Shown here piece by piece: positions 47,925 through 59,450 of a DNA stretch of 64,000 nt; position 1 is the first letter of the stretch, and each line of letters opens with the position of its first letter. Origin of the DNA: Raillietiella orientalis (lineage: Eukaryota); assembly GCA_036172245.1 (NCBI GenBank), contig JAYWIR010000004.1, positions 3,038,001 to 3,102,000 on the forward strand. The letters run 5' to 3'. The notes under the pieces were generated by a model. It searched no databases and had not been told where the DNA came from. It saw only the letters and a program-made list of their open reading frames with translations. Made by a program: the position numbers and the translations under genes.

Positions 47925-50097
47925 CACAATAGGCGAAACATCAGATACGCGAACTCATCTAGATCTAGAAAAACAGGTAGTAAAACAGTATTAGCTAACA
48001 ATGAAGGGTCTTTCTAAGTTTCTTCTGAAGAGTGCGGAATTTTTCTCTAGGAATTCTTTTTCCTAGAGAGATCATTCGATTTATTTTCATCAACGTTCCG
48101 CTGTTTTCTTTTGTTTCCGAAACGTAGTTCTCCGAAGTGCTCGTTTAGACCGTCAAAATCTCCAGTGGGTGCGCGTTTTCGATCGACCAAAGACAAGCAA
48201 GTGAGCAGATGGAGGGACGATGTTTCCATGGCTCTTTCCTTCTCATCTACTCAGTAAAAAGTCAGGGAAAGGTTTCTGATCCGGTCGAGAACTGCAGAGG
48301 GAAGTTGATTACATACTTCCCACATCTTTCGGCCTCTTCTCGTGTGTGTTCAGATCCAGTGCCCAACTGCTTTTCGGGTATCCATGGAAACACTTTTCCT
48401 TGAGCACGAATCGTGGACCTTGAGATTGGTCCTTCATTCGCTTCGTTCTTAGGAAGTTCGAGCTGCACCTCGGCGAGATCAGGACCGATGACGTCATCTT
48501 CGCCAGCCCATACCCGAGAGGTTCTGAAAGGTTCTCATACTGATGCGCCTGAGACTGAAGACGTGGATGCTTTCGATCCTTTCTCCCTTCCGGCTACTCT
48601 GGATGAGTTCTTGCAATACGAGGTCAAGTGGCTTCAGTATACTGTACTAATTTCGCGCGTGGGCGTCCGTCAAGGACGGCATGACCACGTGGCTGCTTGC
48701 TGTTTGTTCTCCGTATTCCGCTTACTAGCTGAGAAGGACCCCGTTCACTTCCCCTCTTGTTCTCATCCCGCACCCGCGTGATGAACTGGCTTTAGACGCG
48801 CGATTACCTTTTCTGTATCCTGAACTCCTAGACGACCCCTAAAGGATTTTGGAATCAGTCTGTGATCCTGGCAAGAATCTGCTTGGACTTCCTCCCAGAG
48901 TTTCGTCTCCACTCCCTCTCTCTTCGTGCCACAAAACGATCGCGTGCCGTCGACAGACCTTCATCTGAAAAGCGCGGGACCGTGGGATGGGATGGTCCAT
49001 ACTCCTCCCTTGAATTGCAGAGCTTAAGTTTTTTCCTGGAAGCCTTCCTGTTGCCACGCAACATTCACAGAGACCCCACATCTTCTCATCCGCTTCTTTC
49101 CTGGACTTGCTTTCACTTATCTTCAGGCGTTTTCCTTCGACAACCTCCGACTCTCCCTCTTCCCCCAACTTCAAAGGCAGCAAGATAGGGTAGCTGACTG
49201 AGCTCTTTCGAGATGTCCATCCGATTCCTGTGCTTCGGCAGCTCAGTTTCCCGCTTCCGCCGCAAGAATCGACGGCAATTCCGAGTGCTGACATCCTGGA
49301 CGGTCGCCTGCTGAATCGCGATATCCTCATCCACGCCTCCTTCCCCACGTGTCGGTTTGCCACGTCAGGGATGATGTCCGATCCACCTTCGCGCAGAATT
49401 TGGTTGTGCCACGTCTCCCCTGTTGGGCCTCGCCCTGTGGGTCCTTCGGGAACTGCAGAGGCGTGCCTTGCGCTTTCCGATCTCTCCCCTTCCCTCCATG
49501 ATGATTGTTGAGGACGTCGCGGCCCTCCCAGAGCGTCCATCGTGCCGCCGCAAGGTAGCACTTGGGAAGGGAGGAGTGCACTAAGCAGCTCCGGGAAGAC
49601 CGCCTTCTGGACTGGCGAATCTGAACGCGGGTCGCCGCTCGACGTGAGCAGGATTGGCGCTACGTCAAGGGTTTCGCCAACGCATGCGGTCGGACGTCCT
49701 CCAGGCTGGGCTCAGGGCTCTTCTTAGTTTCCTTCCGTACCTCCGGACGCTGAGTCTTCCAGGGGAGGAAGAGAGGGGGAAGTAGAGGCTGCTCACATCT
49801 GGTTGTTCAGCCGCTTTTTACACAACTCGGTCTTCGAGGGTGCTCTGTCTTTTCCTCCCCCGAGTCATCTCGCTGCTGACACTTCAAGGGGAACTTCCTT
49901 TTTGTGGCGCGTCCGTCCTCCGCAGATGCCAGCGGCTCAAGGTGGCGTGAAGGGCCTGTTCAGAGCAGCGACCCTGGAGTAGATGAAGTAGTGGGCGCTG
50001 TGGACGAAATCTGCGAACGCCGACGACGAGAGACAAGACCTATGATGGGATAGAGCATGGTTGCATGCATCCAAGACCTGAAATACGTTCTCAATAG

Positions 50098-53000
50098 GGG
50101 ATCGACGAGTGGCCCAAGGAGATGTTTTTCGCAGAGGTTCAGACGAGGAAGAACCTGGCCGCGAAGACACTCCAGAGCGTGGCCCAAAGCATCAACGATG
50201 AGATGGGGCTCGACTACCGCATGAATAAGAAGGTACTTTCTTGCGTGCCCACTCCATCCAACTGACGGAGGGAGCAGGTGATCCAAAGCTTCGACCGACC
50301 CCTGAAGGTGATGGAAGATCTGTGGAAGGAAGTGGGCGCACCGATCGTGCGCTTCGAAGAGAAGGGAGTTCCCCTGGGCGGAGGCGTGGAAGCACGCCCC
50401 CTTTCCGCGGTGGCACCGCAGACCGCTCCAGGACTCACTCTGGATTTCAAGCGACACATTCAGGACGGCTGTTCTTTGCCCGGAGGCGAACACCCTCGAG
50501 TGTACTTCGACCAGGTAAGGTGGCTGCTTCGTGAGGCGGGAGAGCGTCCCTGTCACTGCGATCTAAGATCTTGAGAGAAGAGAACTTCTCGCCCGCGGAG
50601 CAGAAACTGCTGCGCCAGCTGATGGGCCACTCTTTCCTGAGCAATATGTTCCGGCGCATGTTCTGGTGGTTCTATTTAGAGCATGTGATAGAAGGGAGCG
50701 ATCTGATAGAAGTGACGTTTTGCAAGGAGGCACTATACGAGGAAATGTGCCAGCTGCTCTTCCAATGGATGACCAGCAACGTAGACACAGTTTCCAGGAA
50801 GAACGAAGACAACCCTCTGCTGATGATGCCGACTTTTCTGTCCCAGAGCTTGTTCGTCTCCCTGCTCTCGGTCGATCCTGACCTGGATAGGGAGTTGGTG
50901 GGTGCCATATTTGCCACGACGAGCCTCTGGATTTGCGGGTTGTCTCCGGTCTTCTGCTCGCACTACAAGTGGAAGTGCTACCAGAGGGCGTCGCTCGGAA
51001 AGGGCGAGCATCCGAAGAAGACGCCGCCTGCGGGCAGCGGAGACGAGTGGTTCACGTCTCTCAGGAAAACTAAACCTCCAGCCAGGGAGAGCTCCAGGAG
51101 AGCGTCCATCCCGGAGGGCGGCCTGCAGGAGCCCAAGCACAAGGCGGAGTTGGCGGGGTGCTCGGCAGCCAACGGGGGACCTCTCGCGTTCAGCAAGGAG
51201 GTTTTCAATCTGTACGGCACCGGGAAGCTGATCGAAGACTACCTGAGCTTCCGGGGACTGCCGACGGTCCTGGGGCGAAAGAACAAATTCATGAAGAGGA
51301 CGCTGTGCAGAGAGCTGGCAGAAGAACCGATGGCCATCCAGAAGTTCCTGTCCTCTTGCAGGATGCAGCTGAAGGTAAAGCATGCCCTCAGCGTGGTCGA
51401 CTTTTCCCGTTACGGGCACCGAGGTCACTTTTCCCTGCTCGGATTCGATCTGATCTCCCACCCCTCCTGCTCTTACGTGCGCGCGCCTCGGCACATGCTC
51501 TGCCCGCACGCGGACGTCGCGGCTCACCTTGGCTTCCCGGCACGGACACGGGAAGAGGTGAGCGCGCACACGCACTCCTTCCCGAGAGCTCGGGCGCGCG
51601 ATGAGCAACGGCGAAGGCGTCGTGGTGGCTGTGGACTCTGAGTATCTCCACGCTCATCTGTTGAGATGGAAGGGGGAATGGTGGGAGAAGAGTGGGGGTG
51701 AAAGGAGGAGGAAGTAAACAGCCTCAGCCTCGTCGGCCACACACGCCGAAGAGATGAGCCAATGCTGGTGAGAACCACCACAGAGGAACATTCGAAAGGG
51801 GGGTGGTCCACCAGATGAGCATCCACCCTCCTACTCTCCCTCTTCTCCTCCCTCTCTCTCGTTCCTCCTTTCCGGACAAGTGCTCCTGGAACAGCCTCGC
51901 CCGACCGGAGCGGGTATGCCCTCTGGCGAGACTTTCCTCTCTGCTCCTCATGGCACGCGCAAGCGAGGCGACTTCCGTGACTCAGAGGCGATCACTTGTG
52001 ACGCTTCTAGGGAGAAGAAGTCCCCAACCGAGGTGGGAGGATCCCTGTGCTTCCCTTCGGGAGAGATGGAGAAAAGGGAAACCCTTCCCTGGGAGTCCCA
52101 CAAGTACGGTTCGGAGCATGACGAGCCCTGTGCCTCTTGCATCCTGCCCGAAAGAGCGGAGTTCTTGAGGAGAAGGACATTCTGCTTCCCCGTGCGTAGG
52201 CGGCGGGCTTAGGGGAGAGGAGGGGAGGGTAGAGCACGAAAAATCACCAGAGTACAGGGAGCCACCCAAGGCTTGTCCCTCGCAGGTTTTGAGTCTGAGG
52301 CTATCCTGATCACGCGCCCTCTAGAGACTTGAAAGGTCATCCCTTACGCATCCATAGATCGGGTCCTCCACCACCATCTTCCTCCTCACTGTACCTTCTT
52401 AGGAAGGAACGAAAAGTCTCTCCAGGAAAGATCGGATCCTCGGGAGGCAGCCATCCTGTGACCACAGAGTGCGCATTCTCGGAGGCCGAGCACCTGCGTG
52501 CATCGTGCGCATGCGGGCGTCTCACGCAAACGAAAGGTCGCACAGACGCGCGCGCCCCCTTTCTCGAGGCACATCTGAGGGAAAGCCGAGGACCGAAAAC
52601 GGAAAGCAGAACTGCGCAAGGAGGTACACCGCCGCTCCTCCCGCACCCTCCCTCACAGCACCCTCCTCCCGTGAGCTCCAGGCGTGCGCATCTCCCATCA
52701 TCCCGTCCTCCCCACCTGCAGCCTAACATCCGGAAAAACCAGTTCCCCAGGGAAATGACCTTGCCCGAACTGACCACACTCGCGGAGTCACCAGGACGGA
52801 GCTTTCCTTCGCGGGAGGGAGAGGAGGGAACTCCCCTCCCTCCCTTCCTCCTTGCTCAGCTTATTTCCCTTTCCCGGGAACAGCGAAGACCAGGAGGAAG
52901 CGAAATTAAGGTGCGGCGCAGGAGAGGATGAGGATCATGGTGAAGGCAAAGGCAGATTCCTCTTTTCCGTCATTCCGGATAAACACAGGTGGAGATGCTG

Positions 53001-53784
53001 TCGCATCCTCCTTTTGCTCCCCGGTCGATCCCTCCCTCCCCCCGGAATCCTCCCTTTCCTATCTCCGAAAGAGGAAAGAAGTTGGGCTGAACTTGAAGGG
53101 AGGATGGATACAAGGGTGGCGACGGTATTGGGGTGTGGATTGACACTCCCGACGCAGGCAGGACGCGGGCTTGGCATCTTTGGGGCATCCTGGAGAGGAA
53201 GGGGGGAGCAGAGAGCAGGCATTCCGAACTCTCTGGATCCTCCTTTCTAGGATTTGACCGAGAAACGGTCCAGGAGACGGACTCCTGTCAGGTGGAAGCT
53301 GTCCACAACCGCCTTGGAGACGCCAGACTCCCGCGCGGAACGGTCAGAGGTGGAGAGTCCCCTGGCAATGAGCGGCAAGCCATCCGTGGTCATCGCCACA
53401 GGGGATACTCCTCAACTTTCCCTGTCGATGCTGGAGGAGGAGTCGAGAGAAGTAAGGGGGCATTCCTCCCTTCCTTCCGTTCTCAAGAGCGAGCGGCTCT
53501 CTTTCCAGGAAGAGGAGGAGGTGTCGGGGCTCCCTCCAGGAAGCGAGGAGGAGAAGGAGGGGAAGGAGGGGGAAGAATCCGAGCAGGAAGAGGCAGTCAC
53601 TCCTTCCGAGGAGGAGAGCATCGAGGAGAGCAGGGAGGCAGTCAGGAGATGCTACGCCAACCCAAAGCTGCACAGGGACATCCTCTTCTCCAGAAGGGGG
53701 AACGCCTACTGCACGGTGGTGCTCCCTTCCGAAGAGAGAGACTGCTCCATGATGTTGGAAGTCTCCTCTCCCTCTCGGAGCTGA
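50098..53784 (+). CDS. FAM227: FAM227-like protein (FWWh domain) with acidic low-complexity C-terminus; start codon uncertain
   Basis: Phase-0 exons 50098-50232, 50278-50514, 50568-51374 and 53251-53784, with GT-AG introns of 45, 53 and 1876 nt. Motifs MFWWFYL, MPTFLSQSLFVSL, SLWICGL and FNLYGTGKLIEDYL match my recollection of the FAM227/FWWh family. A possible ATG lies immediately before a 38-nt intron at 50060-50097. Confidence 0.65.
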
Positions 53785-54329
53785 ACGAAAAAGGATAGGA
53801 AAGCGACTGCATCTGAAGTCCGGGGTCGTCTGATTGCTGGGAAAAAGAGGAATTGGGAAGAAGCCTCTTCTGCAAAGGGCGTCTCCTAGGAGCATCCCAG
53901 TCTGGAGGAGGAGAAGAAGAAGGAAACGACTCCTCTCCTCTCTGCAGCCGACCCCGTTCCCGACACCTCAAGCCACCATCCCATGCAGCCGCACTTCGAC
54001 CCTCCTCCTTGCCAACAGTGGCGGCCGGAGCGACTCGGAACTGTCATCCGCTCTTGAAGCCCATAGATAGAAACATGATGCGAGCCGGCAGCAGCATCCC
54101 TTTTATTCAGCATCTGAAAAGCAATGGGCGCGCGAGCAGATTTGGGATTCCAGAGGAGTTCTTGTGAGCTGAGAAGTTCTCGACTTCAAGGAGATATTAT
54201 CTAGGAGGAGCACTGCAGCCGGCTGGAAACAGAGGACCTGGAGAAGAATCCCGGCCCTGGAGAATGCGTGAGGGGCTCAGACTCTCCATTGCGAGCAGAC
54301 CGGCCCAGGAAATAGGGAGGAAGTGTAAG

Positions 54330-55455
54330 CAGGATGGGTGGCTGTGCGTGGTAACCTCTCTTGTTTCCCTTTTGCAACGAAATCCCTGCATTTCCTGCTC
54401 CTCCCGGCGAACTGCACCGCCTGGCTGAAGGGGTCAGTCCCCACATGGGGGAAGAAGACCCACGGCTCAAGCGAGGTGGAGCGCGCCTGCCTGCGGAACA
54501 GCAGATACGCCCGCCAATCGTTGAGGGAGATCCTGCTTAACACCAGGAATCTGCTTTGGGCGTCGTTCACCCTCTTGCCCTAGTGCTGCCCTCCCTACGG
54601 GAAGCCAAGTGGGAGGCGACGTGTACAATTGAGAACAGAAAAAAGCAATTAAGTACGTGGACAACTCGAGAGCTGACAGATGCTGCCACCCTGAGTGTCC
54701 TTCCCAAAGGACTGCTACGCTGGGGGGAGCTACTGCTACAAATTCATCCGTAGGAGGTGAAGTGGCACCGAGCGTGGCGGAGCAGTGCAACCCTCCCCCT
54801 AGAGTGGCAGGAGTCGGCGATCCTGCTGTTGCATCGGGGCCCGCCGACACCATTGGACCCGGGGGAAGAGGTGAACCCGAACTGCAGCAGGCGCAGGGAA
54901 AGAGAGTCCCTCCCACACCTGCTTGTGGATTGTGTTGCCCTCCGGCCCCTGTGGGAAAGCTTTGCTGCGTCCCTGCGGATCCCCGAGGGCAACCCCCAGA
55001 GACGATATGAAGCTCCTCTTCCAGAGCGATGCCCTCACGCCGGCCGCATCCCTAGCAGCACTTTGCTGCCTACGCGGGATCGTGGCTACATGGAGCAACG
55101 CCAGAGGAAGCCAAAATAATAGGGACGCCATATATTGAACCGTCCCCTTCATAACAGGCCTATCTGGGGATCCTAAACCAGAAACTTGCCGGCATGCTGC
55201 CAAGGATGCAAAGGACGCCCTCCAACATCCGGTGATCCTTTCCCGAAACCTCCCAATTTTTTTTGTATATATTTATGTTTTTGTTTTATTTTTATTTTTT
55301 TTTGTTCCCCTTCCCCTTTTCTGTCGAGACCGGTCTGCGCGCTGGTTCTACGCAGGTTCCTTTTTGTATATACATGTAACGTGGCAGGACCAAGCCACTG
55401 ACCTGTGAGTTTCTTTTTTATAAATAAACGCCCCGGCGCAACCGGGTGTCAACCC
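54330..55455 (+). mobile_element. Decayed L1/Tx1-like LINE 3' portion (copy D)
   Basis: LPLEWQESAILLLHRG...CSRRRERESLPHLLVDCVALRPLWE. DNA clearly homologous to copy A (agtggcaggagtcggcg; ccctagcagc..t.tgctgcctacgc.ggatcgt.gct). Stem-loop at 55328-55360; AATAAACGCCCCGGCGCAACCGGG at 55423. Confidence 0.8.
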
Positions 55456-57439
55456 TTGTTTCCCTGCTCACTGTTCCTTCGCAGAGCCTCCATCTCTTCG
55501 AGTGCGTCTCGATCCTCCGATGAGAGCCACTGCAGAAGACTGAGGACGCTGGAGAAAGCACAAGAATTTTTCCCTTCGACTTCCCCTCCCCCCACACAAA
55601 ATTCCGGGGAGGTGACACTGTGGAATTGAATGGCAACAAACGGGAAGGTCGGTCTCAGGAGGAAGTGGTTGAGGTATCACCTTAGGAATTTCTCGTCTCC
55701 TTTCCCCGAAGGACGCTCTCGGGATTCTCGCACGGACAGGACCCGGTTTTCACTTCTCAGGTGTCCGCTGAGAGCTGCCCCGAGGATGGCGAAATGAGCA
55801 GGTACGGGGCACCGCTCGGTGGGACGAACATCGTTCCCTTCCTGCAGGGGCGAGCTGCCGCCTGTCTCACCGCATCCCACGAAAGAGTGCCTTGCCATCA
55901 GAAGTGCTCTCTCGGGGTTGCTGGGTGGCAGAGCGAGGGTCTTCCTTCTGCAGGGAGAAAGGTGTCTTTACATGCTTTCTGGAGTACATTTCCTTCTCCT
56001 CCTTCTCTTTACCTACCGTCCAGCGGCGTTTACGGCCCGGTTGCATTGACAAAGGGATTCCATCCGACAGGTGTTCGATGGCGGCGGTGTTCCGAGGTCG
56101 GTTGGAGAATGTTGCGCAACAGGCTCACCACTGCAGTTCGAGCCCGCTACCTTGCGTCCGCAGCCAGCAGCTTTCGTCAGGTGCATAGTCCGCTTGGTTG
56201 AATTTCAGTGATGCGCCAGGCAGAGGTTCGTCTGGTGACCCCGTGTTGGGTGGTTCGGGTGTCCAGGGGATACCCCTACTATGCTGGACGCTATACGCCA
56301 CCCAACATCAACTTGCCGATCTGGCTCGCATGAGGTTGGAATATTGCCAGCTCGTGCAGAGGCACCGTGGTCTTGAAGACCCACGGATCCCATAGTGCTG
56401 ACCGCAGCCGCGTGATCTGATTCCTGGACTACCGCGATCAAAAGGGAGGTCGATAACTTCCCTTTCTCTGGATCCAGTATCCCGGAAGTGGTACCAAAGA
56501 ATGCTTCTGGCGGTGGTGAAGAAGAGGCTGAGTTCATCATCGACGGAAGGGGATTCCGGCTCTCCCGTGTCACATCCACTGACGGAAAATTCAGCAGCAA
56601 CGTCCCCACAGCAGGAAGAGGAGCGTTTTCCAAAGTTAGAGCGCGATAGACCTTCGAGGAAAACGAACTCATAATCACGAGAAGGGGTGCAACTTGGAAC
56701 GAGGACATGGGGGAGAAAGTCACCTCCAGTCGGCCCAGGGGAGCGCGCGGTTTCCCCTCTTCCAAAAGCTTTCAGGTCAAGAGAGGTCTTGCCCTGCGAG
56801 GAGGAACAGCGCCGTGTGTGGGAGCACTTCTTATCCAGCGACGAAAGTTCAGGGCCCCGTTTACCACCCATAGGAGCAGCGTCCATCAGGTAAGACGCCG
56901 ATCGCACGCGCAGGAGAAGGTGTGCGGTGCGGAAAGAATCCTGGGATCAGCAGCTTCGATCACCACAGCGAAAAGGAAAGCACGGCTACGGAGAGGCGCG
57001 ACGAATTGGTATCCTGAAACGAAGGCGGTTGCACGAGAACAGTGGGAGCTGGCTGACCCCGGTCAAACTATTCCCGGAACGTGATCCCACATTACGACTC
57101 GATCCGCTGTTCCAGGGCGACGGGAAAGTACGGATGGAGGACGATTCTTCCGCTGGGGTGCTGGAGGAGGCAGAAGAAGGAGGGTAACAGATTGGCTCCT
57201 CACATTGCCGACGAAGGAGCCCCAACATCCGTCCGTCACGGAGATCGTCGTAGGATTCCTAGGGTCCCGGGCTCGGGCAAACGGGAGAGCGCCAAGAGAA
57301 CTCAAGATGCCCAAGTGATCGATGGAGGGACGTCAGTAGGGAATGGCGTGCTCCAGCATGTGCTAATCCAGGGGGATCTACCAGAGGCACAGGTTGGGAA
57401 GAAAGGAACGCAAGTGGAGAGGGGAGGGAGGGAGACGAA

Positions 57440-57800
57440 GCCCTTATTTTCCTAGGTGTCCTGCTGAGTGCTACTGCATGCATGCTGCGCAGCAGGACAC
57501 CTAGAGAAGGCGGTGACCTTCCTTTCTCTGCAGAGAGCATTGATTGTTTGGTTTCTTTCCTTTAGTGATCCTTTGCTCCATCAGGAACCCACCATCTTGT
57601 TTTGGAGGACGAGCTGGTTTCAGGAGCTGAGCGAACTGCCAGACTGTTGGGCAGCTGCGCGTTCTCGGAGGCAGGGAACGAAGCTGCCGCCTCCTTTGCG
57701 TCTTTACACATGGATGACTTGCCGACGGAGACGTATAGGTCTTCCTCCTGATCGCTTTCCTGCCAAGTCCGTCCTCCATGTGGGAGTTCGAGACTCACTT
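57440..57800 (-). mobile_element. Possible decayed LINE ORF1 zinc-knuckle remnant
   Basis: KGKKPNNQCSLQRKEGHRLL*VSCCAACMQ*HS resembles tandem CCHC knuckles with stops. Confidence 0.35.
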
Positions 57801-58639
57801 GGGTTCACCTGGAACCGATCCAAGAGAAGCTGGTCATTCAGTCTTCCTCTTTTTCCTCAAGAGCCTTATTTCTCATCCAGCAAACTCGTGCAAGTCGTAT
57901 TTCCTGCTGCTGGTCCACGGAGAAACGGACCCGCAATGAGCCTCCACCCCAATGCACGCAGATTCTCCGGGTCTTCCCTTCCTCTGAGAGTCTATTGCGT
58001 GCGGGCTGCATCGCGGAGGTGCCTGGATTTCGGGTCTGGACAGAAAGCTTTGCGCTCAGAAGCTGCCAACTCTTCTGCGTGTGAGCAAAAGGTAGAGGAG
58101 GAAAGGTGGAAGAGTAGGAAAGATGGATGAGGAGGAAAGGCAGAGGTGGAGGAAGAAATGAAGATGAGGAAGAGGAGAGGAGAGAAGATGGAAGAGGAGG
58201 GAAAGAAAGGGTTGCAGTGCAGCAGGTGATTCGGGTAATCCGCTGGCAGCGATAAATGGTTGCAACCGAACTCTTCCCCCAACCAGCTCCCTGCCCGACG
58301 GACTACCCGTTTTTGCCCGAGAGGACATGGAGGCGTCCTTCCCTGTTGGTCTTGCTGCCGAGATGGCGGCTGCTTCTTCTACCGTCCAAAGTGGTCAAAC
58401 GCAAATACTCCAACAAACGCTTCCTGGCGTCTGGTTGAGAATCCATAGGTCGACTGGTCGTGCACGATTCGGCCAGCTGCCTCGACGCCGATAGTCTGCC
58501 AGGATCCCTCGGTCCCTCAGAACCGAGCTGGTCTGCCCAAGTTGGAACACAGGTGCCTCTTTCCCGATCCCTGGACGCGTTCCCGTTCGAGCCACTTCCC
58601 TCCAAGAGTGAGCGTGCCGCTGGCTCCTTTTAGCTTAGA

Positions 58640-59450
58640 GGGGTAAATCCTTTTGGCGTGTGTTTTCAGAATTCAGGGACCCGGTGACTGTCGTGCGAGG
58701 CAAGAAGGGAGGGGGCAGCATGTGTAGCGGCAACCTCGGACTTCCCTTGCACGTTCTTGCACTCTGCTGCAGCCCTACTTCCGTGATGGGATGCAGATCG
58801 AAGTATCTCCTTCCTCCTCGTGGATTTCCACAGCAGCACTGTGGTCCAACCCAAAGGTCCCCCTCGTGCAATGAGACAAGGAGCGTAGGTACTGCTTTCG
58901 ACGAACTCGCCACCGATCTGCAAGGAGGCCCAGAGACTTCCTGCTTACTGGGGGCAGCAGCCTCAAAGATCACTCCCTAATCCTCACGGCCTTCCTCACT
59001 CTCCTCTCTCGTGTGGAAAGTGCCTCTGCCCCTGCCTCTAGGCACACACCCCTCTCTCCTTCCCTTTCCGGGCCCCTTCATGAACCCTTCTCACTCACCC
59101 CTATCCCTTATGCTCGTGGACCAGTTGGAACTGAGTAATCAAATCAGTGGATCACCAGCTGAAGACGTGGACGGGTGGAACACGAGATGCTTTCTCAATA
59201 ATTTCCTACGAGGCCGCTTGAAGTCCAGGGTCATCTCCAGCACGAAAAGTTGGAGCTGTCGACAGGAGCATTTAGGATATGCCTAGGGATTATGGACTAC
59301 TGGGAAGAGCCGGATTAAAAGGCATGGAAGAGCATGTTATTCTGGAAAAAACTAATTAGTTGTGTCCAGGAACGGACCAAGAGCAAAGAATAACCAGATA
59401 AAGGATTTTTCCCTCTCGTTTTTTGGAGATGAAGCTTTCTCTTTATTTTA
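58640..59450 (+). mobile_element. Possible decayed LINE ORF1/ORF2 junction with APE endonuclease start
   Basis: GWNTRCFLNNFLRGRLKSRVISSTKSWSCRQEH resembles the APE motifs (S/T)WN.RG...LQE; interrupted by stops. Confidence 0.35.
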
